Part shown: positions 25,696 through 37,100 of the stretch, in pieces | Layout of the letters: each line of letters begins with the position of its first letter | Position numbering within the stretch: position 1 is the first letter of the stretch | DNA from: Chiloscyllium plagiosum | Lineage: Eukaryota | Assembly (NCBI RefSeq): GCF_004010195.1 | Contig: NC_057718.1 | Span: 96,378,686 to 96,430,966 of the forward strand | DNA: 52,281 nucleotides | Direction of reading: 5' to 3' | The notes under the pieces: generated by a model | What the model saw: only the letters and a program-made list of their open reading frames with translations | The model's database searches: none | What the model was told of the DNA's origin: nothing | Translations under genes and position numbers: made by a program

Positions 25696-26812
25696 TCCAG
25701 TAGTTTCTACAGCTACCACAAGAAATTTCTAAATTGACTAATACAAGTACACAAATTATTTCTATGACAATTTTGTTACTTCAGAATGTATTAAAAAGCA
25801 ATTCCCAGCCACTGGTGTACTTTCTATTTGAGTTGCTTTATTGCAGTCCCATGCACCTAAGTAGAGTGAAAACCTTTGTTTTGCAAGCAGTACAGGCAAA
25901 TCATAGCAAACAAGGACAGAGCGAGACATACAAGGTTACAGCTGCATCCCCAGGAGGTGTAGAACTGAATCATGTTGGAGTCCATTATATTCAAAAAATA
26001 ATTCCTAATGCTCAAATAAGATTTCATGTGTTTAAACAGAAACAAACTTAATTGCGCAGTAAAGACAGAATAAGCAATATTAAATTAATGCCATATTTTA
26101 TAGTTGTGTATCGTCTGGACTCAATTTTGTTTTGTGCTTTCCGCAGCAAGAGAATTCCCTTATGTGGTAAATCTCAATTCATTTTGATTTCCTGGGACCA
26201 ATCCAAAGGTGTGCCACAACTTTCTGGAATTGACTTTGCCTCTCAACAGAATGTTAGCTATTCCTACAGGTATAAAGTTCATAGGGATCCTTCCTTAAGC
26301 TTTTGAGCAAGCAATCCTCCAATTTTCTTTCAAGATTTTAATTCTGTCTTGGATTTGGACATGCATAGATGATTTTTTTTTCCCCCGTTTGCATTCATTG
26401 CCCCTGAACTGTTCTTTGCAAGTTAACAATTCAAGGCTTGGTAAGGACAACTGCATATTGTTTCCAATAGCTGCGAGCTCGAACAATTGCTCCAGCAACT
26501 GCCCCCCCACCCCGGCCCCCATAAAATCCAAACTGTGGTGAATTTCCATGGTGTTCCAACCTGTGAATGATGACGTTGCAATTTTTGGTGTTTGAAATGT
26601 AGGATTAATTTGACTATCTTCCTCTTTTGGCTTCCTTCATTCTGAAAAATGCTGACCAATGCAGTATAAAACGGCAACTGTTTCTGTTTGCTTCCCAAAT
26701 TGAACCACCGCTGACAATAAACTCACAGAGATAAATGAAGCAAAATAACCTTCCAACTAAGAATTATTGAAAAAAAGTCTAATAAGACCCCAATTAAAAA
26801 CTCTCATCCAAA

Positions 26813-27437
26813 CTTTGTGAGAAGATTTGTAGCTCGTTGCTGTGGTTCTGTTCGCCGAGCTGGAAGTTTTTGTTGCAAACGTTTCGTCCCCTGTCTAGGT
26901 GACATCCTCAGTGCTTGGGAGCCTCCTGTGAAGCGCTTCTGTGGTGTTTCCTCCGGCATTTATAGTGGCCTGTCCCTGCCGCTTCCGGTTGTCAGTTTCC
27001 GGTTGCGGCATGTCCTCGTCCCGTTGTCTTTCCCTTAGGCATCTGTTGATGAAACGGGACGAGGACATGCCGCAACCCAAAGGACTAGCCACACTACCAT
27101 ACATCAAGAACACCTCTGAAATGACAGCCAGACTACTGCGACCACTAGGACTTATATCGGCACACAAACCAATAGCCACACTCAGACAACAACTCACCAG
27201 AACGAAGGACCCGATACCCAGCATGAGCAAAACTAACGTAGTGTACAAAATCCCATGCAAGGACTGCAAAAAACACTATATAGGACAAACAGGAAGACAC
27301 CTAACGATCCGCATCCACNNNNNNNNNNNNNNNNNNNNNNNNNNNNNNNNNNNNNNNNNNNNNNNNNNNNNNNNNNCCTAGACAGGGGACGAAACATTTG
27401 CAACAAAAACTTCCAGCTCGGCGAACAGAACCACAGC
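26813..27437 (+). mobile_element. Penelope-like element family C (Poseidon-like) with inverted 5' terminus
   Basis: ATLPYIKNTSEMTARLLRPLG...NVVYKIPCKDCKKHYIGQTGRHL GIY-YIG remnant; ~65-bp inverted termini; TSD aactctcatccaaa at 26799-26812 and 27438-27451. Confidence 0.9.
26875..26914 (-). ncRNA. Minimal type I hammerhead ribozyme motif (PLE family C)
   Basis: Minus strand reads gca CUGAGGA u guc-a-ccu-agac-agg-g-gac GAAA CG UU ugc. Confidence 0.7.
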
Positions 27438-27985
27438 AACTCTCATCCAAAATACAATACCTATACTCTCTCTGTACTGCCATGCCATGTCAGTTTAGGA
27501 TGTTAATCTTGAACCCATAACTTTCCACCTCATAGTCATGGCTCAGATAACCAGCATGTTTGTTGGATTTATATTGGGACAGGCCATTGATTTCTAAAAT
27601 TAAAATTAAAAGCCATTCTAACAACTATTGTCCTTGCTACCTCTCCCAAAATGATTAATGAACAAGCTATGAGACAAATGTGAGTTGTAATTAAATGAGT
27701 CAGAAATGTGGCAGAAATTGCTCATCTTGAGTTAATTTATCTTAAGCACATGGGAGTTGAGCAAAGAACACTCCAGACATAGGGTTTTGTTTTAGTGAGA
27801 TATGGTTTGGAACATTTCCATACTCTGCCACTAGAATTATTCAGAGGGAAACAAGGTAAGATTGTGTAAAGATGTTTGTGAGATGACTATGTTTGATTTA
27901 GTTGATATTTTACATTGGCATTCTATATTACAAGTGATTTCTCATTTTTAAAAATCTTAACTCTTAAATCTATCTATACCTTTTA

Positions 27986-28341
27986 AGCTGAAAATGTGTT
28001 GCTGGAAAAGCGCAGCAGGTCAGGCAGCATCCAAGGAACAGGAGAATCGACGTTTCGGCATGAGCCCTTCTTCAGGAATGAGGAAAGTGTGTCCAGCAGG
28101 CTAAGATAAAAGGTAGGGAGGAGGGACTTGGGGGAGGGGCATTGGAAATGCGATAGGTACCCTCCTCCCTACCTTTTATCTTAGCCTGCTGGGCCCATTT
28201 TCCTCATTCCTGAAGAAGGGCTTATGCCCGAAACGTCGATTCTCCTGCTCCTTGGATGCTGCCTGACCTGCTGCGCTTTTCCAGCAACACATTTTCAGCT
28301 CTGATCTCCAGCATCTGCAGTCCTCACTTTCTCCTCGAAGA
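27986..28341. mobile_element. Palindromic PLE family A derivative
   Basis: Two ~140-170 bp inverted termini joined near 28159; TSD ctataccttttaag at 27974-27987 and 28342-28355. Confidence 0.9.
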
Positions 28342-28406
28342 CTATACCTTTTAAGGCCAATGTAAAGGCCTGTAATCTGTAGAACCACCAAATATTGATC
28401 ACATTG

Positions 28407-29185
28407 GAAGAACAGAAGAACCAGGAGCAGGAGTAGGCCATCCGGTCCATTGAGCCTGCTCCGCCATTCAATAAGATGATAGCTGATCTTTTCATGGACT
28501 CAGCTCTACTTATCCATCCTCTCACCATAACCCTTCACTGTTCAAAGATCTACTGAGCTTTGCCTTCAAAACATTCAACGAGGAAGTCTCAACTGCTTCC
28601 CTGGGCAGGGAATTCCACAGATTCACAACCCTCTGGGTGAAGAAGTTCCTCCTCAACTCAGTGGCAAAATCTGCTCCTCCCTTATTCTGAGGCTATGCCC
28701 CCTCATTCTTGTTTCATCCACCAGTGGAAACAACCCCCCCTGCCCTTCATAATTTTATATGTTTCTGTAAGACTCCCCCCTCATTCTTCTAAATTCCAGT
28801 GAGGCAAAAGTGAGTACTGCAGATGCTGGAGATCAGAGTCAAGATTAGAGTGGTGCTGGAAAAGCACAGGAGGTCAGGCAGCATCCGAGGAGCAGGAAAA
28901 TCGATGTTTCAGGCAAAAGCTGTTAATCAGGAATCCTAATGAAGGGGTTTTGCCTGAAACGGCAATTTTCCTGCTCCTCGGATGCTTCCTGACCTGTTGT
29001 GCTTTTCCAGCGCCACTTTAAATTCCAGTGAGTATAGTCCCAGTCTACCCAATGTCTCCTCATAAGCCAACCCACTAAACTCCAGAATCAACCTGGGGAA
29101 TCTCCTCTGCACCCCTTCTAATGCCAGTACATCCTTTCTCAATTAAAGAGACCAAAACTGTATGCAGTACTCCAGGTGTGGCCTG
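28407..29185 (-). mobile_element. CR1-like LINE 3' fragment with a nested palindromic PLE derivative (28804-29018)
   Basis: RKDVLALEGVQRRFPRLI...RLGLYSLEF; the nested element has TSD taaattccagtgag at 28790-28803 and 29019-29032. Confidence 0.88.
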
Positions 29186-30015
29186 AAAGCCTTGTCTTTG
29201 TAAAGACTGACTCTCAATTTTAGTTCTTTTGATGATTGTATGAATGCAAGTCAACCATTAATTGTGTTGGAAATGCTTTCAAGTGTCCCACTTCAGAGGA
29301 GGATCCTACAAAGATAGGAGTAAAGGCAGAGGTAGTGGAGACACTGGATAGGATAAAATAGATCACAGAACAGATAATAATATTTGAATATTACTGAAAT
29401 GAAGGATATGATGCTGAAGATTTTCAAGTTGTTCTAATCCGGACACATGCAAGAATGCCAAATTTCAAATGGCAAAATGGCTCAAAATAAAAGAGAAAAG
29501 TTTGGTTGATTAGGTTAGCCACTCAAGTCTGATTGGTTAAGGCATTGCCATGGAGAATGTAACTGGGAATGGTAGGATATCATGATCCCATGTAATTCTA
29601 AAAACGTACACAAGTGAACACATTCCTGTTGTTCGCAGTGGAAAATTCCCTGCATATAAACGTTCATTGCTTTGGCAAGCACAAAAGAGCCATGTTGCAA
29701 ATTCCACTGATTATCTTAAATTAATTGCCAATTTAGCTGTCAACACACTCAGGATTATTCACCAAATGCTCTATTCACAGCAAAACATAATTCCTCTAGG
29801 TGAAATAAGTAAGAGCATGCATTAGGAAACTATCTCAACACAATGTCACCCCCTTCGTACCAATTTATAATTCAGAACAACGTTCAGTTGCTGTTTGAAG
29901 AGTGTGGGTTAACGAATGAAAGTCAGCATGGATCTGAAAATGGAGACTTGATCAAATTATTTTGTTAATAATTTTATTATTCATTTATGGGAGGGTCAAT
30001 GAAGATTACATGTGC

Positions 30016-30290
30016 ATAGAATCCTTACCATGCAGAAGCTGCCATTCAGTGCATCAAGTATACACCAACCCACCAAAGAGCACCTCACCCAATCACCTAT
30101 AACCCCACATTTACCATGGCCAATCTACCTAACCCACACATCTTTGGACTGCAGGAGAAAACCAGAACATCCAGCAGAAACAGGGAAAACATGCAAACTC
30201 TACACAGACAGTCACCCAAGGATGGAATTAAACTCATGTCCCTAGTGCTGTGAGGCAGCAGTGCTAACCACTAAGCCAACGCCCCATCCA
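30016..30290 (-). mobile_element. HE1 / V-SINE, diverged
   Basis: gtgctgtgaggcagcagtgctaaccact head and V-domain. Confidence 0.8.
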
Positions 30291-30919
30291 AACGTTTGAT
30301 GTCATTTTGGAAGGCTGTCTGTTGAAGTGCTACAGAATAGATTTCTTAGAAAAACTGAAACTAATTCAGTTAAAAAGACAGAGATTATATTGATGTAAAA
30401 CTAGCTAAGATTCACAAAGTTGTGATCCGTGATGAGTAGAATTCCAGCCTGGAGGAAAGTGTTTTCCAGGGATTGGTATTAGGATCAGCATCTTTTGATA
30501 AAATTATGATGTCATGATTTTGGCAGAGACTAGTAACGTGTTTTTCTTAGAATTTGAAATCCGGGTATTTTACTGATATAATCAAACCACGATCTTGGTC
30601 AAAAGTTTCAAAAGATTGAGATTGCTAATAATTACACTTGATCTTGAATAGTCAGTCCTGTTAAAGATGTTAAATGTAAAATGAGGGCAGTAACCTATTC
30701 TTAAACAGAACTTCTAAACTCAAATTTTGTTCAATGTCTACTTCACCCATACCCCCAAAACTGAAGTTGGATACTTATCAGCAATTGAGAGGATAATCAT
30801 TTGTTTTGTTTAAAAAAGACAGTGTAAGAATTGGGAATTCTTGAAACTTCTGCTTACTGTTCGCAATTGAAGTTTTCTTTCCAATGGTTGCAGAGTCAAC
30901 ACATACATCATCAACATTC

Positions 30920-31603
30920 CACAGCGTCAGGTTATAGTCCAACAGATTTTTAGATTAGATTCTCTACACTTTGGAAACAGGGCCTTCAGCCCAACAAGTC
31001 CACACTGACCCTCCGAAGAGTAACCCACCCTGACCCATTCCCCTACCCTGCATTTACCCCTGACTAATGCATCTAACCTATGGGCAATTTAGATTAGATT
31101 ACCTACAGTGTGGAAACAAGCCCTTCGGCCCAACAAGTCCACACCGATCTGCCGAAGCACAACCCACCCACACCCATTCCCCTACATTTATCCCTTCTTC
31201 TAACACTACAGGCAATTTAGCCTGGCCAATTCACCTGACCTGCACATTTTTGGACTGTGGGAGGAAACTGGAGCACCCGGAGGAAACCCACACAGACACG
31301 GGGAGAATGTGCAAACTCCACACAGTCAGTCACCTGAGGCAGGAATTGAACCCAGGTCTCTGGTGCTGTGAGGCAGCAGTGCTAACCACTGTGCCACCGT
31401 GCCGCCCCCTTTTTTTATCGCCGGCTATAGTTCAGTGGTTACTTCGACTTTGTTTATCTGGAAGCACCAGATATCCTTCATCAGGTGGTTACAGCAGCAG
31501 TCCAAAAGCTAGTGCTTCCAAATAAACCGGTTGGACTAGAACCTGGAGTTGTGTGATTTTTAAATTTGTCCACCCCAGTCCAACACCAGCACCTCCAAGT
31601 CAT
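30920..31603. mobile_element. Palindromic PLE family B derivative containing tandem HE1 SINEs (30951-31408, minus)
   Basis: caggttatagtccaacag on the left; aagctagtgcttcc...ccccagtccaacaccagcacctcc on the right; one partial and one full HE1 between them. Confidence 0.78.
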
Positions 31604-32297
31604 GATTAACATTGTAAGCATATCCGCCTCAGGTAAGAGGTCTCCTGTTTCCGCCCTTATTTAACTTGGGAGTTTTGCATTCCTAACTCTCTCTCTCTTT
31701 TCAGTTTCGCTCTCCCAGAAGTCAAACTCATTTTTAGGAGTCATGTGCTGGGCACTCTGACTTTCCGATTGGGAATTGTTACCATCTAGATTCTGTCCAG
31801 TAGGTGGGAGAATGGGGAAGAGCATATCAATGAGATGAGATGACATAACACTGAGGATGTTAACGCATGAGAAGAGACTTCTCAACATTCACGAGCAGGA
31901 ATCCATCTTGCCATTTGATACTTAGTTGGAAGTTGGGACCTTTTGCTCTTGATGCGAGGAAGCTACCCTCCTTGCCTATTCTCAACTGATTCTCCCAATA
32001 TTCATGCCTTTTGGGAGTTGGGAAGATTCTGCCCACAGTAAACACTGAGAAGGGTGGGAGCAGACTCCAGGAGGATACGGATGGACAAATCAAGCAGAAC
32101 ACCTATGGCTAGTTCTGTTATTGGCCTGCTACACACAAAGATGTTGGAACCCTCTTTCACAAACAGCAGTGGAAGCTGGATCGATTGTTAATTTTAACAC
32201 TGAAAAAGGTAAATTTTTGTCAAGCAAAGATATTAAGGGATATGCACCTAAGCCAGGAATATGCATAAGGAATTTAAATCAGCCATGATCTCATTGA

Positions 32298-32520
32298 CCA
32301 GAAGACATAGGAGCAGAAATTAGGCCATTCAGCCCATCGAGTTTACTCCACCATTCAATCACAGCTGTTAAGTTTCTCAACTTTATTCTCTCCATAACCC
32401 TTGACAATCAAGAACCTATCTATCTCAGTCTTAAATATACTCAATGACCTGGCCTCCTTAACCTTCTGTGACAATGAATTCCATACATTCACCACTCTGA
32501 CTGAAGATATTTCTCCTTAG
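32298..32520 (-). mobile_element. CR1-like LINE 3' end inserted into an older plus-strand CR1 tail
   Basis: gacataggagcagaaattaggccattcagccc tail; the host tail aatcagccatgatctcattga...aggggctaaatggactactcctg resumes after the insert. Confidence 0.7.
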
Positions 32521-34087
32521 AAATTGGCAAAACAAGTTCGAGGGGCTAAATGGACTACTCCTGTTCTATTTCTTTTTCCTTCACACGATGAGGACATCAC
32601 TGACAGCAGCATTTAATGCCCATCCCTAATTGCCCAGAGGGCTGTTAAGAGTCAACCACATTGCTGTGGGCCCAGAGTCACACGTAGGCCAGAACAAGTA
32701 AAGATGGCAGTTTCCTTCCCTACAGAGCATTAGTGAACCAGATGGGTTGTTTTCCTGACAATCAACCATGGACTCATGGCCCATCATTAGACTCTTAATT
32801 CTAAATATTGATTGAATTCAAATTTCACCATCTGCCATGGTGGAATTCAAGCCCAGGTCCCCAGGACATTACCTGGGTCAACAGTCCAGTGGCGAGACCA
32901 TTAGGTAATCACCTTCCGTTCCTATGTTTCAATGCTCCTGCATTAACTCTGATTCGCCTTCCAGGTAGGTATGGTGCATACATTGGTATTGGGGTGAGTT
33001 TGATAAACAACTTGAGAAAACTCATGGGATTCATGGAACCCATCCATAAAAAAATGACTCTTAGCTGATTTCTGGTTGACAATTCAGTTGAAGAGATGGA
33101 TTTAGTTTATCTAATATGATTGCTAGATTCTGTTAAGGGGTTTGTGAAGAATTAGATTCTAAAAGAAAACATACCATTAATTCTCTGACTGGCTGTAATC
33201 GCTGTCTAATGTTGAATTGCTTTGCCTGCCAAAGTGGCTTGGCCAGAGCTGGGGAAACAGAGGGAAATTAGGCTGCTCTCTTTGTCCTGTCAGTTTTGTC
33301 ACTGAGCTAAACTTACTGACAAGAGTACTGGCATTCTATCAGGACAACTTCTTGCGCCTTGTGTTTTTGTCTTCTGGCATCAATGTGGAAAGCCAAGGGC
33401 AGATATTTCCGAAATCGTCTTTCAGGTATCAGTAACTTGGACAGGAACTTTTCTGTCAACAACCATCATATGTCTGGTGCCATGTAACAGTGAGGATTCA
33501 AGAGGCTGTAACATGGTCGAGTCCTGAAAGTGATTCAGACAAATGAAAATAATTAAATTTGCACTTTCCTCTGTAATAATTAGAGACATTAATCCAACAA
33601 TTGCAGCTGAGATTTGTAATTGCTTTCTGCATATGTTCTCTGCTTAAACTTTTGGAAAGTAGTAAGTTTGGCTGTTCTCAACTCTAAGCATAATATCGAC
33701 TTATCCCACCCAGCATAAACTGTGAACACCCGTTTCCTACAATTACTGATGTGGCTACAAGTGTTAGCTTTATGATCATACCAGAAACGTTGGACAGAAC
33801 AAGGATACTTCTCCTTCAGTTGATCCAAAAGATAATATTGAAGGAAAATGTCTTGAGGAGTTTTTCATCGGAATTTTAGACTGCAAGTTCAGAAACCATT
33901 CAATAGGAACTGCACTAACAAGCATATGATTGTTGGACATAGATATTGTAAAACTGAATTTCATTCAGACTGTGATAGTAAGCTAGTCTTGTAATAAATT
34001 GTCAGCTACCAGGTAGGTTTATTCCTTCACAAATATTTCAGAATTTGGTTGCGACAGGCAGAGACACTAACTGCCTATTTCTTTAAT

Positions 34088-34385
34088 ATCATAGAATCAC
34101 CTACAGTGTGGGTGCAGGCCATTCAGTCCATCGAATCTGCACTGCCCCTCCAAAGAGCATCCCACCAAACCCTACATTTCCCATGGTTAATCCACTTAGC
34201 CTGTACATTCCTGGACACTGTGGTCAATCCAGCTAACCAGCACACCTTTGGACTGTGGGAGGAAGCCAACACAGACACAGAGAGAATGTGCAAACTTAAC
34301 ACAGACAGCCGCCTGAGACTGAAATCGAACCTGTGTCACTGGGGATGTGAGGCAGCTGTGCTAACCACTGAGCCACCACGCCACC
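34088..34385 (-). mobile_element. HE1 / V-SINE, diverged
   Basis: Same head, core and tail motifs as the other HE1 copies. Confidence 0.8.
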
Positions 34386-34935
34386 CTTTAGTGTCCTTGG
34401 ACACCTTAAAGTCCTTTATACAGAGAGAAACTTTCAGAGTGTTCTAACTTTTGTTCAGTGGACAAATGTGACAGTCATTCTACATCCCCAGCATCCCACC
34501 AATTGCAAAACAGTAAATGCTCATTTTTTTAATGATTTCTTTTGAGGAAGGGAGGAGGGATGTTATCAAGTTGGCAAGGTGACCCTCTGTTTTTATTCAC
34601 AAACAGAGCCATGCAACCTCGAAGGTTCATATGAACTTGGAGTGACAAACAAATTAGGGTACTTCCAACATCGCTGCAGTGCAGCACTAGCAGCCTGGGC
34701 TCTGTTCTCTCTCTGGAACTCGCAATCTTTGGTCTGACAACACTATTGTCAAAAATAGCTGAGTCAAGTTGACACTTTGATCTTGAATTGTCTAGCACCT
34801 GACACTGCCTTCACCATGGGCCCTACTTACACTAACATATTTGCTGCTCTTTCCAAGTGCTGGGTTTTCAGAGTTTTATTCTTGTCTGAGACGAGGACAT
34901 CTTGGAAAACCTGATATTGTTGCCTTATTTGTTCC

Positions 34936-35030
34936 CTTTCCTGAAGAAGGGCTTATGCCTGAAACGTCGATTCTCCTGTTCCTTGGATGCTGCCTGACCT
35001 GCTGCGCTTTTCCAGCAACACATTTTCAGA
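34936..35030 (+). mobile_element. PLE family A terminal fragment (tail-less) with hammerhead core
   Basis: ctgaagaagggcttatgcctgaaacgtc; direct repeat ttgttgccttatt at 34917-34929 and 35032-35044. Confidence 0.82.
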
Positions 35031-36674
35031 TTTGTTGCCTTATTCCTAGCTGCCTTTGAATTGATTGGCTCTCTAGGCCTTCTCAGACGGTACTTAAAAG
35101 GCAACCTCACTGCAGTGGGTCTGGAACCATATGTACATCAGATTCGATAAGAAAATCAGCTTCCCTTCTCAATGAGAAAGAGCACTAGTCAACAAGATGG
35201 CTGACCCCAGCTGATCCTCTTTATATCCAAATGAATATTAGGTATTTGAATAGTACCATTCGATTTGGTCACTTGAGTAGAATACAGCACAGTAATCAGT
35301 CCCCATGGAGTTGTACCACAGACAGCAGGCCACTGCTTCCACGTGTGAGAATCAACGCTAATATTTTCATTTTAAAAAACCACTGCCTTTTTGTAACTTA
35401 TGCTCAAATACTTTCCCTGCTTTGATTTGAAAACCCACGTCACCTCTTTTAAACAGCCTGAACCAAAACAGGCAACTGTTCCGGAATATTCCAGGAATGT
35501 GTTAAGGTGTTCAGCACAAACCTACCCCAGTCCAGGAATTCACCGATTTGCTAAATTACCCACTTATTACTTTCAGTTTCAGAGGCCACCCATCTTTCTC
35601 TGAAAACAAAGAAACCTTTTCTTTCTTTGCTGGTCACTTTGTTGATAAGAAGGATAACACTTTAGGATAAGGCTCAACAATGGCCTGCAGCACTCACATC
35701 AGAAATGCCACCCATGTCTACTGCTCGAGAGAAAAAAAAGACGTCAAGTTAATTTTCTTTTCTGCGCAGCACATTACTAGGTGGTGGCTGACCTTCTGAT
35801 TGGGTTGCCTTCATAACCTTTTTGAGACTGGAACGCAACACCCTCCCCCTTTGTATCGGCTCACTGTGATCTCCAGAAGACAATAAGCAATGCTGTGAGA
35901 AACATGGCCCCTTATGGAGCAAACTCAGCCTTCACTCAGGGCCAGTTGGTGTGGGGAGGGGTGGGGGAGGTGTTGGGGTTTGGTGGGTGGGGAGGGGGGA
36001 GATGCTGTTTTTCTGCAGGACCCTCCTGGGAGCCCACCCCCAATCAGCCGAATAGCACCTGATCGAGGAAACTGGACTGCGGTCTTGTCTCAGTCAATTC
36101 CTGCTCTGAGACTCTCAGAGGCAAGAAATTAAGGAATCTAAAAGATCCCCACCTGGTTGCACATTTACCACGATCCTCAGGCCAGCCGAATGTGGTTTGG
36201 AATGGGACAGCACAGAAGGAGGCCATTCAGTCCCACCATGCCTGTCTCTTTCAAAGAGTGTCATTGCCCTCCTCTTTCTCTCTCTCTCCATCATCCTGTT
36301 TTCTTTTACTGTTCTCAGGTATATTGTCAACTTCCATCTTGCCTCCACTTGCTCTACGGGTTTGTTATCTGATGGTTTTGTCACATGACCTGCCCCAATT
36401 GGTAGCCATTAGTCAATCAACAGACCCACACTTGTGACACACTACCTTCCTACACCAATCGAGAAGCAGAAAGACTCAGCCAATTGACTAATGCTTGGCT
36501 GTCAGCCAAGCGGTCATTTTCTTTAACCAGTAGTGTTGGTTAAGAGAAATATTCAAAAATAATGACAAAACGAAATCAAATTTGAAAATGTCCAAATGAT
36601 TATTGGCCAGGGTTGCACACAATAGTGTACTGGACATTAATTTTCAATTCTTAAGGTCTCTGCATTAGTCTACG

Positions 36675-37100
36675 GAGCAAGCTGTAGCTCAGTAGGGAGC
36701 TCTCTCGCTTTCGCGTCAGACAATTCAAGGCTTAAATCCCCCTCGCGACTCTGAACCTGTGAACCAAAGCTAACAATCCAGTGTCAAACGACAGGTGGCC
36801 TGTTCTTTGTATTAGACACAAAATGGAGATCCACCCAGCTGGACAATAACAGATCCTGTAGCAGTATTTTGAAGACGGGTGTGAATGTTATCCCTGATGC
36901 CCTAGCCAATATTTATTTATATCTCAATCTAAATCACAAAAATCAATTACTTGATTATTATCGTACTGGGATCTTGCTGTGCATAAATTGTCTGCCTTGT
37001 TTCCTGCACTACAGCAGAGAAACCTTTTCAGTAGAACATAGTTGGTTGGAAAAGGCTTTGATATGCCCAGAGATTATAAAAAGTGTCTTGTAAATGCAAA
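36675..37100 (+). mobile_element. Deu-domain SINE (SacSINE1-like), near full length
   Basis: tRNA-like head ctgtagctcagtaggg, central cctagccaatattta and gggatcttgctgtgcataaattgtctgcc, 3' taaatgcaaa. Confidence 0.75.
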
